The notes under the pieces: generated by a model | The model's database searches: none | What the model was told of the DNA's origin: nothing | What the model saw: the letters and a program-made list of their open reading frames with translations, nothing else | Position numbers and translations under genes: made by a program | Assembly (NCBI RefSeq): GCF_006345805.1 | Contig: NC_043001.1 | Span: 67,642,001 to 67,706,000 of the forward strand | Direction: 5' to 3' | DNA length: 64,000 nt | Source: Octopus sinensis | Taxonomy: Eukaryota | In this document: positions 62,207 through 64,000 of the stretch, in pieces | Position numbering within the stretch: position 1 is the first letter of the stretch | Layout: every line of letters begins with the position of its first letter

Positions 62207-63232
62207 TGTAACATATCTGATATCCTCACTGCTTGAGAGACACATTAGGAATGATCTCGTTTGAGATTACAACCATCTTTGGCTAGTTTGACCCTGTTGT
62301 GTCCACTGCTCTGATTGGTTGGTATTCAGCGCAGTTTGTCTTTCGACTTATTTTGCGCCAGTGTGTAAGCCAACCAATCACAGCCTTTGGATAGGGTCTC
62401 GTGACACTTTCTCTGATCCTTCATTTTGAGCCTACCACAGACTATAAATAGGCTAGCATTCACTATTCTAAGTCTTTCAGCTTCAGACCTTCTAAGGTCT
62501 AGTCACTGACCACAGAGCTACTCAGCCATGTTCCTGTTCGAGCAACAGACGACCAGTCAGCCGGCCAACCATGCTACTGCTCCAGCCATGAAGATGCTAT
62601 TATACACCAGCGACAGACAGGGCTTTCTCCGTCTCTGCCGCCATCATCACCATCGTCATCTACTTCAACATGTACACATCAACATCTACACAGGTTATAA
62701 CTCATGCTGTTTGTGAATATTCACCCTGGTAACACAGTCAAAGTCTACCTGAAGAACTATCTGTATCAAGAGACTCGGCTCAGCATTGAAGCCCCAACCG
62801 CAGCACGACATGTGCCTCAACTGGCCTCTGCCTTGTGACCTCCAGCATCTTGTTATAGAACTTGCTATTGTGTACCTCATGGACTGGTAAACTAATTCCA
62901 TCTTAACTCGATATGCTGAGACGTATCTTATGCTCTGTATTTCTGTTGTATATGCATACACCTTTATCTGTAACTTCTGTCACACACACGAACACACAGA
63001 CACAAATACTTATCGCATGCATCCATATGCTACACTTTGCTAGCACTCACACACTTTCTCTTTGTACACTTTGTAAATAAAGTCTTCTTCCCTCTCAAAC
63101 AGTAGAACGGTTGTCGTCCATCATTTATTCTTTTGGCACTGTATTCTATATCATGTATTTGGCTTCATATTTTGTTAGGGATGACCGTGCGGCATTCAAA
63201 AGGAGACATTTGTCACCGACTCCTTACGTACA
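62207..63232 (+). mobile_element. Probable solo LTR (~1026 bp)
   Basis: TGTA...TACA termini; ATTGG at 62314 and CCAAT at 62374; TATAAATA at 62443-62450; AATAAA at 63076-63081 in U3-R-U5 order. TSD ambiguous (gttgta occurs at both 62205 and 63233). Confidence 0.6.
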
Positions 63233-63467
63233 GTTGTATTTCTTACATGGTCCCCATGCTAATTTAAGTTTTTATCCCCACACTATCCCTCAAATTAATG
63301 CATCTAGAGAAGTAGAAAGAAGCATTAAAAGTTGTAGTTTTTGCATCAAACATCCACCCCACTTGTAAATAAAAAAAAATAGTTGAATAAATCTTTCATT
63401 TAAATAAATTTATCTACATTAACAAAGCAAAAAATATAACAATTTCAGTTTATATTGCCTGATTTCA

Positions 63468-64000
63468 ATGGGATCCCTGTGACTGATGCAGGATTACCCA
63501 CTTGTTAATGTTTGGTTTCAAAGCTGTCAGTGAGATATGTTAATCCCCTCTTCTTTCTACGTCAAGGCGATTTCAAGTCTTTGACAGCAGACACATCACC
63601 CAACTGAAACCTGACTCAACTAAATAAGATGTGGGGAAAAGCAAGTAAAAGCAACTTAACGTTTTTTCAGAGTAATGGGTACTTTTTAGAGATTTCTTCA
63701 TACATCCACAGCTTCTGGTATCCTCCATACTTGAACCTTGCTAGAGCTGCTGTGTTATTTTGAAGTTCAATGAAGCTTTCTTGTATGTCAGTATTGACTT
63801 CAGATGGATCAACAGCGAAGGGATTCACAAACCACTGTGGCACCGTCATTTGGAGTAGATCAGAGAAGCAAATTTCTATATCATTATGTAACTGCTTCAA
63901 ACGATTAACGTAATCTGTTGAGTTATCATCAAGCAGCTTGGTGGATATGCTTGCTAAGGAACAAAGCTGTGCAAATTCCCATCTTCCAAGATTCAGCCAG
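63468..64000 (-). mobile_element. C-terminal fragment of a second Buster-type hAT transposase, running off the window
   Basis: LHNDIEICFSDLLQMTVPQWFVNPF...IQESFIELQ...KYPLL, then a frameshifted LKPNI...HQSQGSH*, homologous to 26850-27275. Confidence 0.85.

Noticed and set aside
62528-62961. Short ORFs (62 aa plus strand, 88 aa minus strand) upstream of RBBP5
   Set aside because: They lie inside the probable LTR, have no recognisable homology and no splice support.

Overview
AT-rich, repeat-dense eukaryotic DNA, most likely an octopus (coleoid cephalopod). This is inferred from the SINE/RTE repeat families, the (GAT)n tails and the TA-microsatellite load; I could not run a search to confirm it. 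The main gene is a complete 16-coding-exon RBBP5 (COMPASS/MLL WD40 subunit) on the minus strand, from ATG 61096 to a predicted TAG at 19218. All introns are GT-AG, all phases are consistent, and the protein is about 516 aa; only the last 14-nt coding exon is tentative. A second gene ends on the plus strand: its terminal exon (8997-9477) encodes a tyrosine-rich tail built from a 60-bp coding minisatellite with seven YxxP motifs. A possible, disrupted transmembrane exon lies at 520-610. The two genes converge across a ~9 kb (TA)n/(TACA)n tract (9955-18895) that holds fold-back islands. The introns carry decayed RTE LINEs, a Tx1/L1-type 3' fragment, a mariner with a nested RTE, a Buster-type hAT inserted into a SINE, TTAA-flanked MITEs and many SINEs. 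An ETS-CRE composite motif and a probable solo LTR lie upstream of RBBP5. There is no CRISPR, rRNA or genuine tRNA gene. I did not find a clearly new biological system; the best leads are the YxxP repeat tail, the inverted-repeat element in the last RBBP5 intron and the fold-back island.
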